Assembly: GCA_040774885.1 (NCBI GenBank)
Contig: JAXGTO010000002.1
Coordinates: 39,328 to 103,327 of the forward strand
Source: Eggerthellaceae bacterium
Lineage (GTDB): Bacteria; Actinomycetota; Coriobacteriia; Coriobacteriales; Eggerthellaceae
Direction of reading: 5' to 3'
DNA length: 64,000 nt
The translations under genes and the position numbers were made by a program. Positions 37,457-46,018 of this stretch are shown here, in pieces. The notes under the pieces were generated by a model. That model was not told the DNA's origin and did not search any database. It was given only the letters and a program-made list of their open reading frames with translations. Position 1 is the first letter of the stretch. Each line of letters opens with the position of its first letter.

Positions 37457-38257
37457 TTACTCTTCGTCGAGCGCCGCAGCGATTTCGTCGGTCATCTCCA
37501 TGGCATGGTAGACGTTTTGCAGGTCCTCGAGCTCTTCGAGCTTGTCGACCAAACGCATGACCTTCTTGGCATCTCCCACTGAAAGCGAAGTGGGAGTGGT
37601 GGGCTCCATGATGAACTCGGCACCCTTCACGACCACACCGGCGTCTTCGAGGCCCTTCTTGACCGACATCAAATCGGAAGGGTTGGTGTAGACGATCCAC
37701 TCTTCGTCGGCGTCTTCATAGTCATCGCCACCGGCTTCTGCCACGGCCAACATGAACTCTTCTTCATCGCCCGCAGCGCCATTGGCCTTGACGGGTTCTT
37801 TCTTGTCGCCCTCGACTTCTTTGGGGACGAGGATCTGGCCCTTGCGTTCGAACTGGAACGCCACCGAACCGCTGGTTCCCAAATTGCCGCCCGCGTGGGT
37901 GAAGGCACTGCGCACATCGGCGGCAGTGCGGTTGCGATTGTCGGTGAGGGCCTCGCAATACACCGCCACGCCGCAGGGACCGTAGCCTTCGTAAACGACC
38001 GTTTCGTAATTGGCAGCATCTTTTCCGCTGCCGAAGGCCTTGTCGATGGCAACTTTGATCTTGTCTTTGGGAAGCGAGTAGCCTTTGGCCTTGTCGATTG
38101 CGGCAGCCAAGCTGGCATTGTTTTCGGGGTTGGGGTCACCACCCTCTTTGGCGGCAACGGTGATGTTGCGGCTCAATTTGCTGAACAGCGCGGAGCGCTT
38201 GGCATCCTGCGCGGCTTTGCGGTGCTTGGTGGTCGCCCACTTGGAATGTCCGGACAT
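37457..38257 (-). CDS. yebC: YebC/PmpR-family DNA-binding regulator
   Basis: MSGHSKWATTKHRKAAQDAKR N-terminal signature. The longer ORF-track start was rejected. Confidence 0.95.
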   Translation of the reverse strand: MSGHSKWATTKHRKAAQDAKRSALFSKLSRNITVAAKEGGDPNPENNASLAAAIDKAKGYSLPKDKIKVAIDKAFGSGKDAANYETVVYEGYGPCGVAVYCEALTDNRNRTAADVRSAFTHAGGNLGTSGSVAFQFERKGQILVPKEVEGDKKEPVKANGAAGDEEEFMLAVAEAGGDDYEDADEEWIVYTNPSDLMSVKKGLEDAGVVVKGAEFIMEPTTPTSLSVGDAKKVMRLVDKLEELEDLQNVYHAMEMTDEIAAALDEE

Positions 38258-38392
38258 GCTACTTCCCTTCTTACGTTGCAACAGCGCGATATTGTACCAC
38301 ACGGACCCCGCTTCCCCTCGCTTGGGCTGCAGGTACGCACAGCCCCTGCAAATCACAGACTTGGCCAGCCGGCGGCCTGCTACCATTAAACC

Positions 38393-38752
38393 ATGTCCTG
38401 CTATTTCATATACATCGTGCGCTGCGAAGACGGATCGCTTTACACCGGCATCACCACCGATGTGGTGCGCCGCATGAAAGAGCATCTGGGACAGGGCGGC
38501 AAGGGCGCCAAATACACACGTGCGCGCAGGCCTGTGGAACTGGCCGCGCTCTGGCAGGCGCCGGATAGATCAACCGCTTCGGTGCTCGAATACCGCATCA
38601 AGCATTTGGATCGTGAAGGCAAGGATGCGCTGGTGGTGCGTCCCGCGCGCGCTGCCCGACTGGTCGAAGACGTCGCCGACGTGCGCACCGTGGCGGCAAA
38701 ACGGCGCCGCTCCTGGTGGAACGACGCCGTCGCAATGCAGGATATCGACTGA
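38393..38752 (+). CDS. GIY-YIG nuclease-family protein (UPF0213-like)
   Basis: YFIYIVRCEDGSLYTGITTDVVRRMKEH (GIY...YTG signature). Confidence 0.85.
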   Translation: MSCYFIYIVRCEDGSLYTGITTDVVRRMKEHLGQGGKGAKYTRARRPVELAALWQAPDRSTASVLEYRIKHLDREGKDALVVRPARAARLVEDVADVRTVAAKRRRSWWNDAVAMQDID

Positions 38753-38754
38753 TA

Positions 38755-39270
38755 TCAGGCGCGCTGCCAAAGGCCGGTCTTGCCGCCGTCTTTCTTGAGC
38801 AATCGCACATCCATGATCTCCATGCCGCGGTCGACCGCTTTGCACATGTCATACACGGTAAGACAGGCGACGCTGGCAGCAGTGAGAGCTTCCATCTCGA
38901 TACCGGTCTTTCCGGTTACGGCGCAGGTAGTGGTTACATGGATTCCCACGCGACCATCATCGCGCTCGCCCGCATCCACCGGGTCGCATTCCACCTTGGC
39001 TTTGGTGATCATCAGCGGATGGCACATGGGAATGAGGGTGCTGGTCTGCTTGGCGGCCATGACGCCCGCAACGCGAGCGCACGCGAGCACGTCTCCTTTG
39101 GCGGCAGTGCCCGTTGTGATGAGCTCGAGCGTTTCGGGGTGCATGGCGATGAAACCTTCGGCAACCGCCACACGTTGGGTATCGGGCTTGGCTCCCACGT
39201 CGACCATGCGCACGTCGCCTTTTGAATCGATATGGGTCAAAGCACTCTCGTCTGACATTTCAGCGTCCAA
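38755..39270 (-). CDS. moaC: Cyclic pyranopterin monophosphate synthase
   Basis: [22 protein letters not shown] and [10 protein letters not shown]. Confidence 0.95.
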   Translation of the reverse strand: MDAEMSDESALTHIDSKGDVRMVDVGAKPDTQRVAVAEGFIAMHPETLELITTGTAAKGDVLACARVAGVMAAKQTSTLIPMCHPLMITKAKVECDPVDAGERDDGRVGIHVTTTCAVTGKTGIEMEALTAASVACLTVYDMCKAVDRGMEIMDVRLLKKDGGKTGLWQRA

Positions 39271-39793
39271 TCATAGACATGACTATCCAAATGATGAAGA
39301 TGATGAGAATCCACGTTCCCAGCGAGCAACCTGCCTTCTTCTGCCCCTGGACCGGTTGAGCGGGGCGTTGCACGCCGGTGCCGGTGGGAGCGGAGGGTTG
39401 AACGGTACTGGTACTGGTTGGCGGCATGGGCCGGGAATATCTGGGGGCAGAAGGCTGCGCAGCATCGCCCGCCGACATGGTTTGAGAAGAGGCGGGGGCG
39501 GCAGCCTGCTGGGCACGCTGCTGAGCCTCGATGCGATGCTGAAGCCGTTGAGCCAGCTTGGCCTCTTGGCGCTGCTGGCGCTTGGCGCTTCGCGAAGCGT
39601 CTTCGGTTATGAGCGATTCGGGTTGGCCGCTCGAGGGATTGCCTTGAGACAGCACATCGCGACGCTGCACGGCATCGAAGCGCTGCTGCATCTCGATAAC
39701 GCTGGGAACGTCATCTGGAATGACCATCCCACCGCAGCGCGGGCATACCGACATATCCTCGGGCACAGGTTTTCCGCAGCAGTTGCATTTCAT
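39260..39793 (-). CDS. Zinc-ribbon membrane protein
   Basis: N-terminal CxxC...CxxC (CNCCGK...CPRCG), a Gln/Ala/Pro-rich middle and a C-terminal TM helix ([17 protein letters not shown]). Confidence 0.6.
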   Translation of the reverse strand: MKCNCCGKPVPEDMSVCPRCGGMVIPDDVPSVIEMQQRFDAVQRRDVLSQGNPSSGQPESLITEDASRSAKRQQRQEAKLAQRLQHRIEAQQRAQQAAAPASSQTMSAGDAAQPSAPRYSRPMPPTSTSTVQPSAPTGTGVQRPAQPVQGQKKAGCSLGTWILIIFIIWIVMSMIGR

Positions 39794-39802
39794 CGTGCGG
39801 CG

Positions 39803-40822
39803 CTATTTCTTGACGTCGGCGGCATCCGAAGGTGCTGCGTCGGCCGGTGCTGCACCGATGGCAGCGCCCATGTTCTTTGCGGCGGAAGAAACGGCTTTCG
39901 CGGGCTTTTTCGCCGCATCCTCGGTGCCGCTCTTGAACAGCTCTGCGATACCGCCGGCGGCATTGGCCAAGCCGGTCAATTCGAGTGGCATGAATATCTT
40001 GGTGGCATTGCCATCGGCCACCTGCTTCAGGCTGTCGATATAGCGCACGGCCAGCAGATCTTCGGTGGGTTCGCCTTCATGGATAGCCCCGAACACGGCC
40101 TCGATGGCCTTGGCCTCACCTTGGGCAACCAGTACCTTCTGCTCCTTTTCGGCGGCGGCCACTTCTTTGATGGCGCTCGCGCGACCTTCGGCTTCTTTGA
40201 TGGTGGCCTGCTTCAAGCCCTCGGCGCGGGCGATGGCGCTTTCACGCTCGCCTTCCGCTTCGGTGACCATGGCGCGGCGTTCGCGCTCCGCTTTCATTTG
40301 CCGATGCATGGCCTGCGTGACGTCCGCAGGCGGTTCGATGCGCTGCAGCTCGACGCGGATGATGCGCACGCCCCATTTGTCGGTGGCTTCGTCCAAGATG
40401 TCGCGCAGCGTCAAATTGATCTTGTCGCGGCTGATGAGCGATTCGTCCAACTGCATCTCGCCCACCACGTTGCGAAGATTCGTTTGCGCCAGCTTGGTGG
40501 CAGCCATGTAGAAGTTGGTCACGTTGTAGATGAGCTTCACCGGATCGGTGGCTTCGTAATAGACCACGGCATCCACGGTGACGGCCACGTTGTCCTTGGT
40601 GATGACTTCCTGCGGCGGCACGTCGACGACGTTTTCACGCATGTCGACCTTGGTCACCTTGTCGATGAACGGGACCACGATGGTCAATCCCGGCTCCAAC
40701 GTGCGTTGGTATTTGCCCAAGCGCTCGACCACGCCCTTCTGGTACGGGCGGATGATGCGCACACCGAGCGCCGCATATGCAGCGATCAGTATGACCAGGA
40801 CAATGGCGATGATGATGAACAT
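39803..40822 (-). CDS. SPFH/band-7 (stomatin-like) protein
   Basis: N-terminal TM helix, an SPFH core (IIRPYQKGVVERLGKY...DAVVYY) and an Ala/Glu-rich coiled-coil tail. Confidence 0.9.
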   Translation of the reverse strand: MFIIIAIVLVILIAAYAALGVRIIRPYQKGVVERLGKYQRTLEPGLTIVVPFIDKVTKVDMRENVVDVPPQEVITKDNVAVTVDAVVYYEATDPVKLIYNVTNFYMAATKLAQTNLRNVVGEMQLDESLISRDKINLTLRDILDEATDKWGVRIIRVELQRIEPPADVTQAMHRQMKAERERRAMVTEAEGERESAIARAEGLKQATIKEAEGRASAIKEVAAAEKEQKVLVAQGEAKAIEAVFGAIHEGEPTEDLLAVRYIDSLKQVADGNATKIFMPLELTGLANAAGGIAELFKSGTEDAAKKPAKAVSSAAKNMGAAIGAAPADAAPSDAADVKK

Positions 40823-40823
40823 A

Positions 40824-41276
40824 TCACTGCTCCTTCGATTGCGGACGCGGCACGACTACCACGTGCACACCGTCCACCGACTCCACGACGGCGGTCGATC
40901 CCTGCGCCATGGCTGTTTTCGGATCGGCGGCCTTGGCCAGCCAATCTTCCGTTCCCACACGGGCCTTGCCGCTTGCCCCCGGCTCGATGGCCGCCGTTAT
41001 GACGGCCTCCTTGCCGATAAGGCGATTGATACCGCTTTTCTGAGGTTCCGGGCGGGTGACCCGTTTGGCAAAAGGCCTCATGATGAGCAAGCACGCCACG
41101 CCCACCACGGCCACGATGGCTATCTGCCACGCCAGCTCGACGCCGAACAAGCTTGCAATGGCCGCGGCCACGCACCCGATGGCGAATGGCAGCATGAAAA
41201 ACGAAAGGTTGATCATCTCGCCGATACACAGGGCAACGGCCAGAATGGCCCAGAACCATGCAATGGGAATATCCAT
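40824..41276 (-). CDS. NfeD-family membrane protein
   Basis: Hydrophobic N-terminus and a C-terminal OB-like NfeD domain (GKEAVITAAIEPGASGKARVGTEDWLAKA). It is 1 nt from the SPFH start, the classical nfeD-SPFH pair. Confidence 0.85.
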   Translation of the reverse strand: MDIPIAWFWAILAVALCIGEMINLSFFMLPFAIGCVAAAIASLFGVELAWQIAIVAVVGVACLLIMRPFAKRVTRPEPQKSGINRLIGKEAVITAAIEPGASGKARVGTEDWLAKAADPKTAMAQGSTAVVESVDGVHVVVVPRPQSKEQ

Positions 41277-41295
41277 CCTGCCTTCCTCCCTTCCG

Positions 41296-42306
41296 TCAGC
41301 CTCCGATGGTGTTCATATTAACAGAGGTGGCGTTGGCATGGGTTCCTTCATGATGCTCGGAAGGTTTGGCTCCCAGGGCACGCAAGAGCACCGCGCGCAC
41401 CGCTTGGTCATCGGCTGCTTCCGCAGCGGGCTTCACGTCATATTCTTCATCGCTGAACAGACAGGGCCTCAGCATGCCCTCAGCCGTCAGGCGCAACCGA
41501 TTGCACGAACTGCAAAAATGATTCGAAAGCGGAGAAATGAAGCCGACCGTGCCGCGTGCATCAGGAAACTCCCAATAGCGCGCCGGGCCCCATCCGCCGG
41601 GGGCATCGCCGTCGGCGGGCTGCAAGGCAGGCATTCCCGCTGCTCGGGCCCCTTCATCGATGGCCGCGCGAATGTCCTCGCAACTGATGACGTCGTCGGG
41701 GCCCCAACCGCACCCTTCTACGCCGCTCGAATCGCCCACCGGCATGTATTCGATGAAGCGCACGTGCAACGGCCGATCGACGCTCATGCGGGCGAACTCA
41801 TAGAAGTCCTGATGGAGGCTGCGCACGGCCACAGCGTTGATCTTGACCGGGTCGAATCCCACATCGAGCGCTTCATCGATTCCCGCCAGGGCATCGACGA
41901 TATCGCCGCCGCGGGTGATCTGGCGATAAGCAGTCGAGTCCAACGTGTCCAGCGATATGTTGACGCGCGAGAGCCCCGCTTCTTTCAGGGGCCGGGCGAA
42001 ACGCGGCAACAGGATGCCGTTGGTGGTCATGGCGATGCTCTCGATGCCGGGAATGGCAGAGAGCTCGGCAACCAGATCGACCACGCCCTTGCGCACAAGC
42101 GGCTCGCCGCCGGTGAGGCGCAAGTGCTTTATCCCCAAGTCGGCTGCCTGGCGCACGATGCGCACGATCTCATCGAAGGTCAGTATCTGGTTATGGGAAA
42201 GCGACTGCACGCCTTCGGCCGGCATGCAATAGATGCAACGCAGATTGCAACGGTCGGTCAAACTGATGCGCAGATAATCGATGGTGCGGCCATAGGAATC
42301 TATCAA
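41296..42306 (-). CDS. moaA: GTP 3',8-cyclase (radical SAM)
   Basis: YLRISLTDRCNLRCIYCMP and the C-terminal CxxCxxxxxxxxxxxxxC cluster motif (FCSSCNRLRLTAEGMLRPC). The preferred start is the TTG at 42306 with a GAGAGGGA RBS, which gives a 336-aa product. The ORF-track ATG at 42375 would overlap modC. Confidence 0.92.
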   Translation of the reverse strand: MIDSYGRTIDYLRISLTDRCNLRCIYCMPAEGVQSLSHNQILTFDEIVRIVRQAADLGIKHLRLTGGEPLVRKGVVDLVAELSAIPGIESIAMTTNGILLPRFARPLKEAGLSRVNISLDTLDSTAYRQITRGGDIVDALAGIDEALDVGFDPVKINAVAVRSLHQDFYEFARMSVDRPLHVRFIEYMPVGDSSGVEGCGWGPDDVISCEDIRAAIDEGARAAGMPALQPADGDAPGGWGPARYWEFPDARGTVGFISPLSNHFCSSCNRLRLTAEGMLRPCLFSDEEYDVKPAAEAADDQAVRAVLLRALGAKPSEHHEGTHANATSVNMNTIGG

Positions 42307-42365
42307 CGGGTTTCCCTCTCTTCTTTTCGAGAACCCAGTATATCCGATGCTGCGCGACGATACGT

Positions 42366-43469
42366 TCAGCGGCACACCAGATACAGCTTATCGGACGGAA
42401 TGCGCACCAAAACCTCTTCGCCTTCCTCGGGCATCCGATCGCCCCGCAGCTTGTCCAAGCGCCAGAACAGGTGACGATGCAGATAATCCATATCATGATT
42501 GACGGAATCGACAGGCTCTTCGTCTGCTTGTCCGTCAAGCGGAGCCAAGAGGACGGTGCGCTCGAAGCGCGAATCGCTCACACGGTCCACGCGCATACGA
42601 TGCACGTTCTCTCCCGGCTCGTCGGCTCGTTCCAGGAAAAAGGCGCGCACACCCAAAGTCGAAACGTCCTGCGGCACAACAGCGGCGCTTTCGATGGTGA
42701 TGCCCCACTTGGGGCATCGCACATGATGCTGGTCGACGAATTGGGCTTCGGTGGCGTTCTTGCAACCGGACAGCTTGATGGCGGCGGCGCTTTGGGGGCT
42801 GTTGACCAGCTGATCGCATGAGTCGATCTCCATGATGGAGCCGTGTTCCACCACGGCGATGCGATCGCAAAAACGGATGGCCTCGTCGATATCGTGGCTC
42901 ACATACAAGATGGTGCCGGTGAACGCTTCGAACAATCCCACCAGATTCTGCTCGAGCACGCCCTTGAGATGCGAGTCGAGGGCAGAAAACGGTTCATCGA
43001 GCATCAGAATGCCAGGGTGCGCCGCCAGCATGCGTGCCAAAGCAACGCGTTGCTGCTGACCCCCTGAAAGCTGCGCCGGATAGCGTTTCTCGAATCCGGA
43101 GAGGCTGAAGCGCCGCATTTCTTCGGCCACCAGCCTATCTCGTTGCGCGCGATCGACGTCTTTGCCGATGCCGGCGGCTATATTGTCGGCAACCGTCAAA
43201 TTGGGAAACAGCATATAGCTCTGGAACAGCAAGGCGGTCTTGCGCTGCTGGGGTGTGAGGTTGATGTTTCGATCGGAATCGAAAAACGTGGTGCCGTTGA
43301 CAACGATATGCCCCTCGTCAGGCGTCTCGATGCCGGCGATGCAGCGAAGCGTGAGGCTCTTCCCGCAACCTGACGCTCCCAGAAAGCCGAAAGTCTCGTC
43401 ACCTGCCGAAAACGCGACATCCAGCTGGAAAGAGCCGAAAGCCTTTTTGATGTCGATATCCAAGCTCAT
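42366..43469 (-). CDS. modC: Molybdate-type ABC transporter ATPase with C-terminal TOBE-like region
   Basis: Walker A GASGCGKS, signature LSGGQQQRV and Walker B LMLDEP. The operon context includes modA and modB. Confidence 0.85.
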   Translation of the reverse strand: MSLDIDIKKAFGSFQLDVAFSAGDETFGFLGASGCGKSLTLRCIAGIETPDEGHIVVNGTTFFDSDRNINLTPQQRKTALLFQSYMLFPNLTVADNIAAGIGKDVDRAQRDRLVAEEMRRFSLSGFEKRYPAQLSGGQQQRVALARMLAAHPGILMLDEPFSALDSHLKGVLEQNLVGLFEAFTGTILYVSHDIDEAIRFCDRIAVVEHGSIMEIDSCDQLVNSPQSAAAIKLSGCKNATEAQFVDQHHVRCPKWGITIESAAVVPQDVSTLGVRAFFLERADEPGENVHRMRVDRVSDSRFERTVLLAPLDGQADEEPVDSVNHDMDYLHRHLFWRLDKLRGDRMPEEGEEVLVRIPSDKLYLVCR

Positions 43470-44890
43470 TCCTCAATCGCCCCCCTTCGATACTTGGTGG
43501 TGCGACGGCTCCACAGATTGATGAACAAGATGACGATGAAGCTGAAGATGATGATGACGATGGTCCAGAAGATGGCCACGTCGGTGTTGCCGTTCATCCA
43601 CTCGAAGTAGATGGCGATGGGGATGGTGCGCGTAACGCCCAGATAATTGCCAGCCAAGAACAACGTGGCGCCGAATTCGCCGAGAGCACGGGCGAAAGCG
43701 AGCACGGTACCGGCCGCGATGGAGCTCCATGACAAGGGCAGCATGAGCTTGAAGAAGATCTTCGGATTACTCCACCCCAATGTGCGCGCGGCATCCATCA
43801 TGTTGGGATCGAGATTCTCGAAAGCGCCGCGGGCGCTGCGGTACATCAGCGGAAATGCCACCACAACAGCGGCAATGACCGTTGCCGGCCAACTGAAGAT
43901 GAGCGGGAACCCGATATCGATGAACCACTGCCCCACCACTGTGTTCTTGCCCAGGGCAAGCAGCAGCAGGAAACCGCAGACAGTAGGCGGCAGCACCATG
44001 GGAATGGTGAAGATGCTATCGGCGATGTCCTGAGCGCGCGGGCCGATTCGCAAGCTGAAATACGCTGCTGCCAGACCCAAGATGAAGATGAAGACGATGG
44101 CCGTGCCGGTGGTCTTGAGCGTCACCCACAAAGGCGAATAGTCGATGCTTCCCAGAAAATTCTGCAGCTGCTCGAACCATGAAGGCTGCTCGGCCAAGGC
44201 AACGTCATCGGAAGACACCATATGGCCGAAGCAGGCATGGGTGAGCTTGAGGGGATCGTCCAAATCGCTCGAGGTGACATCGCTTCCGTCTGCGCCGATA
44301 ACGCAGGCGTAATACGATCCCGATTTGAGTTCCTGGTCGAACCGGTAGATGGCACTGCCCACCTGTATTTCAGTGTTGGTGGTGAAGTGCCAGGTAACGC
44401 CATCGCCGATGACGGTTCCGCCGCTTGCGTTGAGATTGTCAAGCGCTACCAGATAGCGCTTGAGGTCATCGCAGGCAGCAGCATCGGAAGGGTCGAATCC
44501 CACGGCAGCCGCCGAATCGGCGGGCACATACACCACGACATCGGAATCGGTGGCCAAAAGGGAAAGATTGCCGGCGCTCGAACCGATATAGTAGCAATAC
44601 CCCTGATAGACACCGTCTATTTCGCGGTCGGACCCAACTTGCGCGCGAGAAAAAGAATCGACCGCAAACGAACATCCGTCGATAAGAGCCGCGTCGTTGT
44701 CGGCAGACAACTGGACGTCGCTCGTATCGACGCTTGAAGTGGAGGTCGATGAGGCGCCTGATCCCGTTTGCGCGGAAGAAGCGGCGGGTTGGTCGACATC
44801 GCCCAATGCGTCATCCGCCCAGGCGACGGGGACCATGCAGGCCATTGAAATGACGACGGCCGCGCACAAGCGACAAAAACGTATTCCCAT
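43466..44890 (-). CDS. modB: Molybdate ABC permease fused to a ~235-aa N-terminal secreted domain
   Basis: The C-terminal ~235 aa form a CysTW/ModB-type permease (EAA-like loop DAARTLGWS...LGEFGATL). The N-terminus has a signal peptide and an extracytoplasmic domain that I cannot assign to any family. Confidence 0.88.
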   Translation of the reverse strand: MGIRFCRLCAAVVISMACMVPVAWADDALGDVDQPAASSAQTGSGASSTSTSSVDTSDVQLSADNDAALIDGCSFAVDSFSRAQVGSDREIDGVYQGYCYYIGSSAGNLSLLATDSDVVVYVPADSAAAVGFDPSDAAACDDLKRYLVALDNLNASGGTVIGDGVTWHFTTNTEIQVGSAIYRFDQELKSGSYYACVIGADGSDVTSSDLDDPLKLTHACFGHMVSSDDVALAEQPSWFEQLQNFLGSIDYSPLWVTLKTTGTAIVFIFILGLAAAYFSLRIGPRAQDIADSIFTIPMVLPPTVCGFLLLLALGKNTVVGQWFIDIGFPLIFSWPATVIAAVVVAFPLMYRSARGAFENLDPNMMDAARTLGWSNPKIFFKLMLPLSWSSIAAGTVLAFARALGEFGATLFLAGNYLGVTRTIPIAIYFEWMNGNTDVAIFWTIVIIIFSFIVILFINLWSRRTTKYRRGAIEE

Positions 44891-44978
44891 TCCGTTGATA
44901 TCCTTACCTGAAAAACAAGGGGCCGGAAACCCGGCCCCTTGTACCTTGCATCATGCGTTGACTCGAATCTGCACTGCT

Positions 44979-45893
44979 TTAAGCAGCCAGCTCGAAGCCC
45001 CACTTCTGCCACACCTTGAGCGCTTCTTCATCAGAGACGGCCCAATTCAGGAAATCCTGGGCTTCCTGGCTGTTGTCACCGGCCATGCTGGTGACGGCGG
45101 CGGGGTAGATGATGTTCTTATGCGTGCTGGCGGGGACGGTTCCCACTACCTTGACGCCGCCGAAACGGTACACGTCGGAGGTGTACACGAAGGCGATGTC
45201 AACGTCGCCGCTCTGAGCGAGCTTGCACACGTTGCCCACAGAGGTCTGCAGCTGGACCATGCCATCGCCGGCCAATGCGCCGGAGAACTCGCCGCCCTTG
45301 CCGGTGGCGTCCTTGCCGGTAGTGCCATCGGGCTCGGTGTAGCAGCCCACGGTGGACAGGCTCTGGCAAGCGTAGTTGCCGGCGGGCACGGATTCGTCGC
45401 CCACGGCAACCTTGTACTTGCCGGCGGCGATGTCGTCGAGCGTGCACTCGGTGATATCGGTGTTGTTCTCGCTGGTAACCATCACCAGGTCGTTCTTGAA
45501 CATGTCAAAACGCGTGGAAGCGTCGGTGTAACCGGCCTGCTCCGCTTCGTCCATCTTGGCTTTGGACGCAGAAATCAGAATGTCGGCAGAAGCGCCGCCA
45601 GCCAGCAGTTCGTTGAGCTCGCCGGAGCTCTTATACTGCGTGTCGGCAAACGTCACGTTGGGATGGCTTTCGGTGTAGAGCTGTTCGACTTCGTCCATGG
45701 CCTTGGACAGGCTGTTGGCAGCGAAGATCTGGAGCTCGACGGGCTGTGCGCTGGTGTCAGTGGATGACTGGGTCGACGACGAGCTGGAGGTGCTGCTCGA
45801 AGAATCACTGGAGGAGCATCCGGCCAATGCGAATGCGCCCACCAGAGCCACGGAGACAACCGCGACCAGCAGGGTCTTGGAAAACTTCTTCAT
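44979..45893 (-). CDS. modA: Molybdate-binding lipoprotein
   Basis: Lipobox LAGC, a Ser-rich linker and ModA-like motifs (IFAANSL, ISASKAKMD, YPAAV). Confidence 0.88.
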   Translation of the reverse strand: MKKFSKTLLVAVVSVALVGAFALAGCSSSDSSSSTSSSSSTQSSTDTSAQPVELQIFAANSLSKAMDEVEQLYTESHPNVTFADTQYKSSGELNELLAGGASADILISASKAKMDEAEQAGYTDASTRFDMFKNDLVMVTSENNTDITECTLDDIAAGKYKVAVGDESVPAGNYACQSLSTVGCYTEPDGTTGKDATGKGGEFSGALAGDGMVQLQTSVGNVCKLAQSGDVDIAFVYTSDVYRFGGVKVVGTVPASTHKNIIYPAAVTSMAGDNSQEAQDFLNWAVSDEEALKVWQKWGFELAA

Positions 45894-45947
45894 AGAATCC
45901 CTTCCTTGTTGATGGCAGTCCCCCTGGACTGCAATTTACAGCCCTCT

Positions 45948-45976
45948 ATATTATGCATGGAAAGGAATATAGTCAA
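45948..45976 (-). promoter_or_regulatory. Sigma-70-like promoter of the mod/moa operon (TTGACT-17-TAATAT) with overlapping palindromes
   Basis: On the minus strand the sequence reads TTGACTatattcctttccatgcaTAATAT. The inverted repeat CTATAT-N15-ATATAG spans the spacer, and CAAGAATA-N18-TATTCTTG (45974-46007) overlaps the -35. Confidence 0.5.
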
Positions 45977-46018
45977 GAATAATTGATGCAGGAAGAGTCT
46001 ATTCTTGTTTACTCATAT

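Noticed and set aside
45894-46018. A Moco riboswitch upstream of modA or moaA.
   Set aside because: The modA leader is only ~50 nt after a good promoter. The modC-moaA gap is at most 59 nt. Neither contains the long multi-stem architecture expected of the Moco RNA motif.
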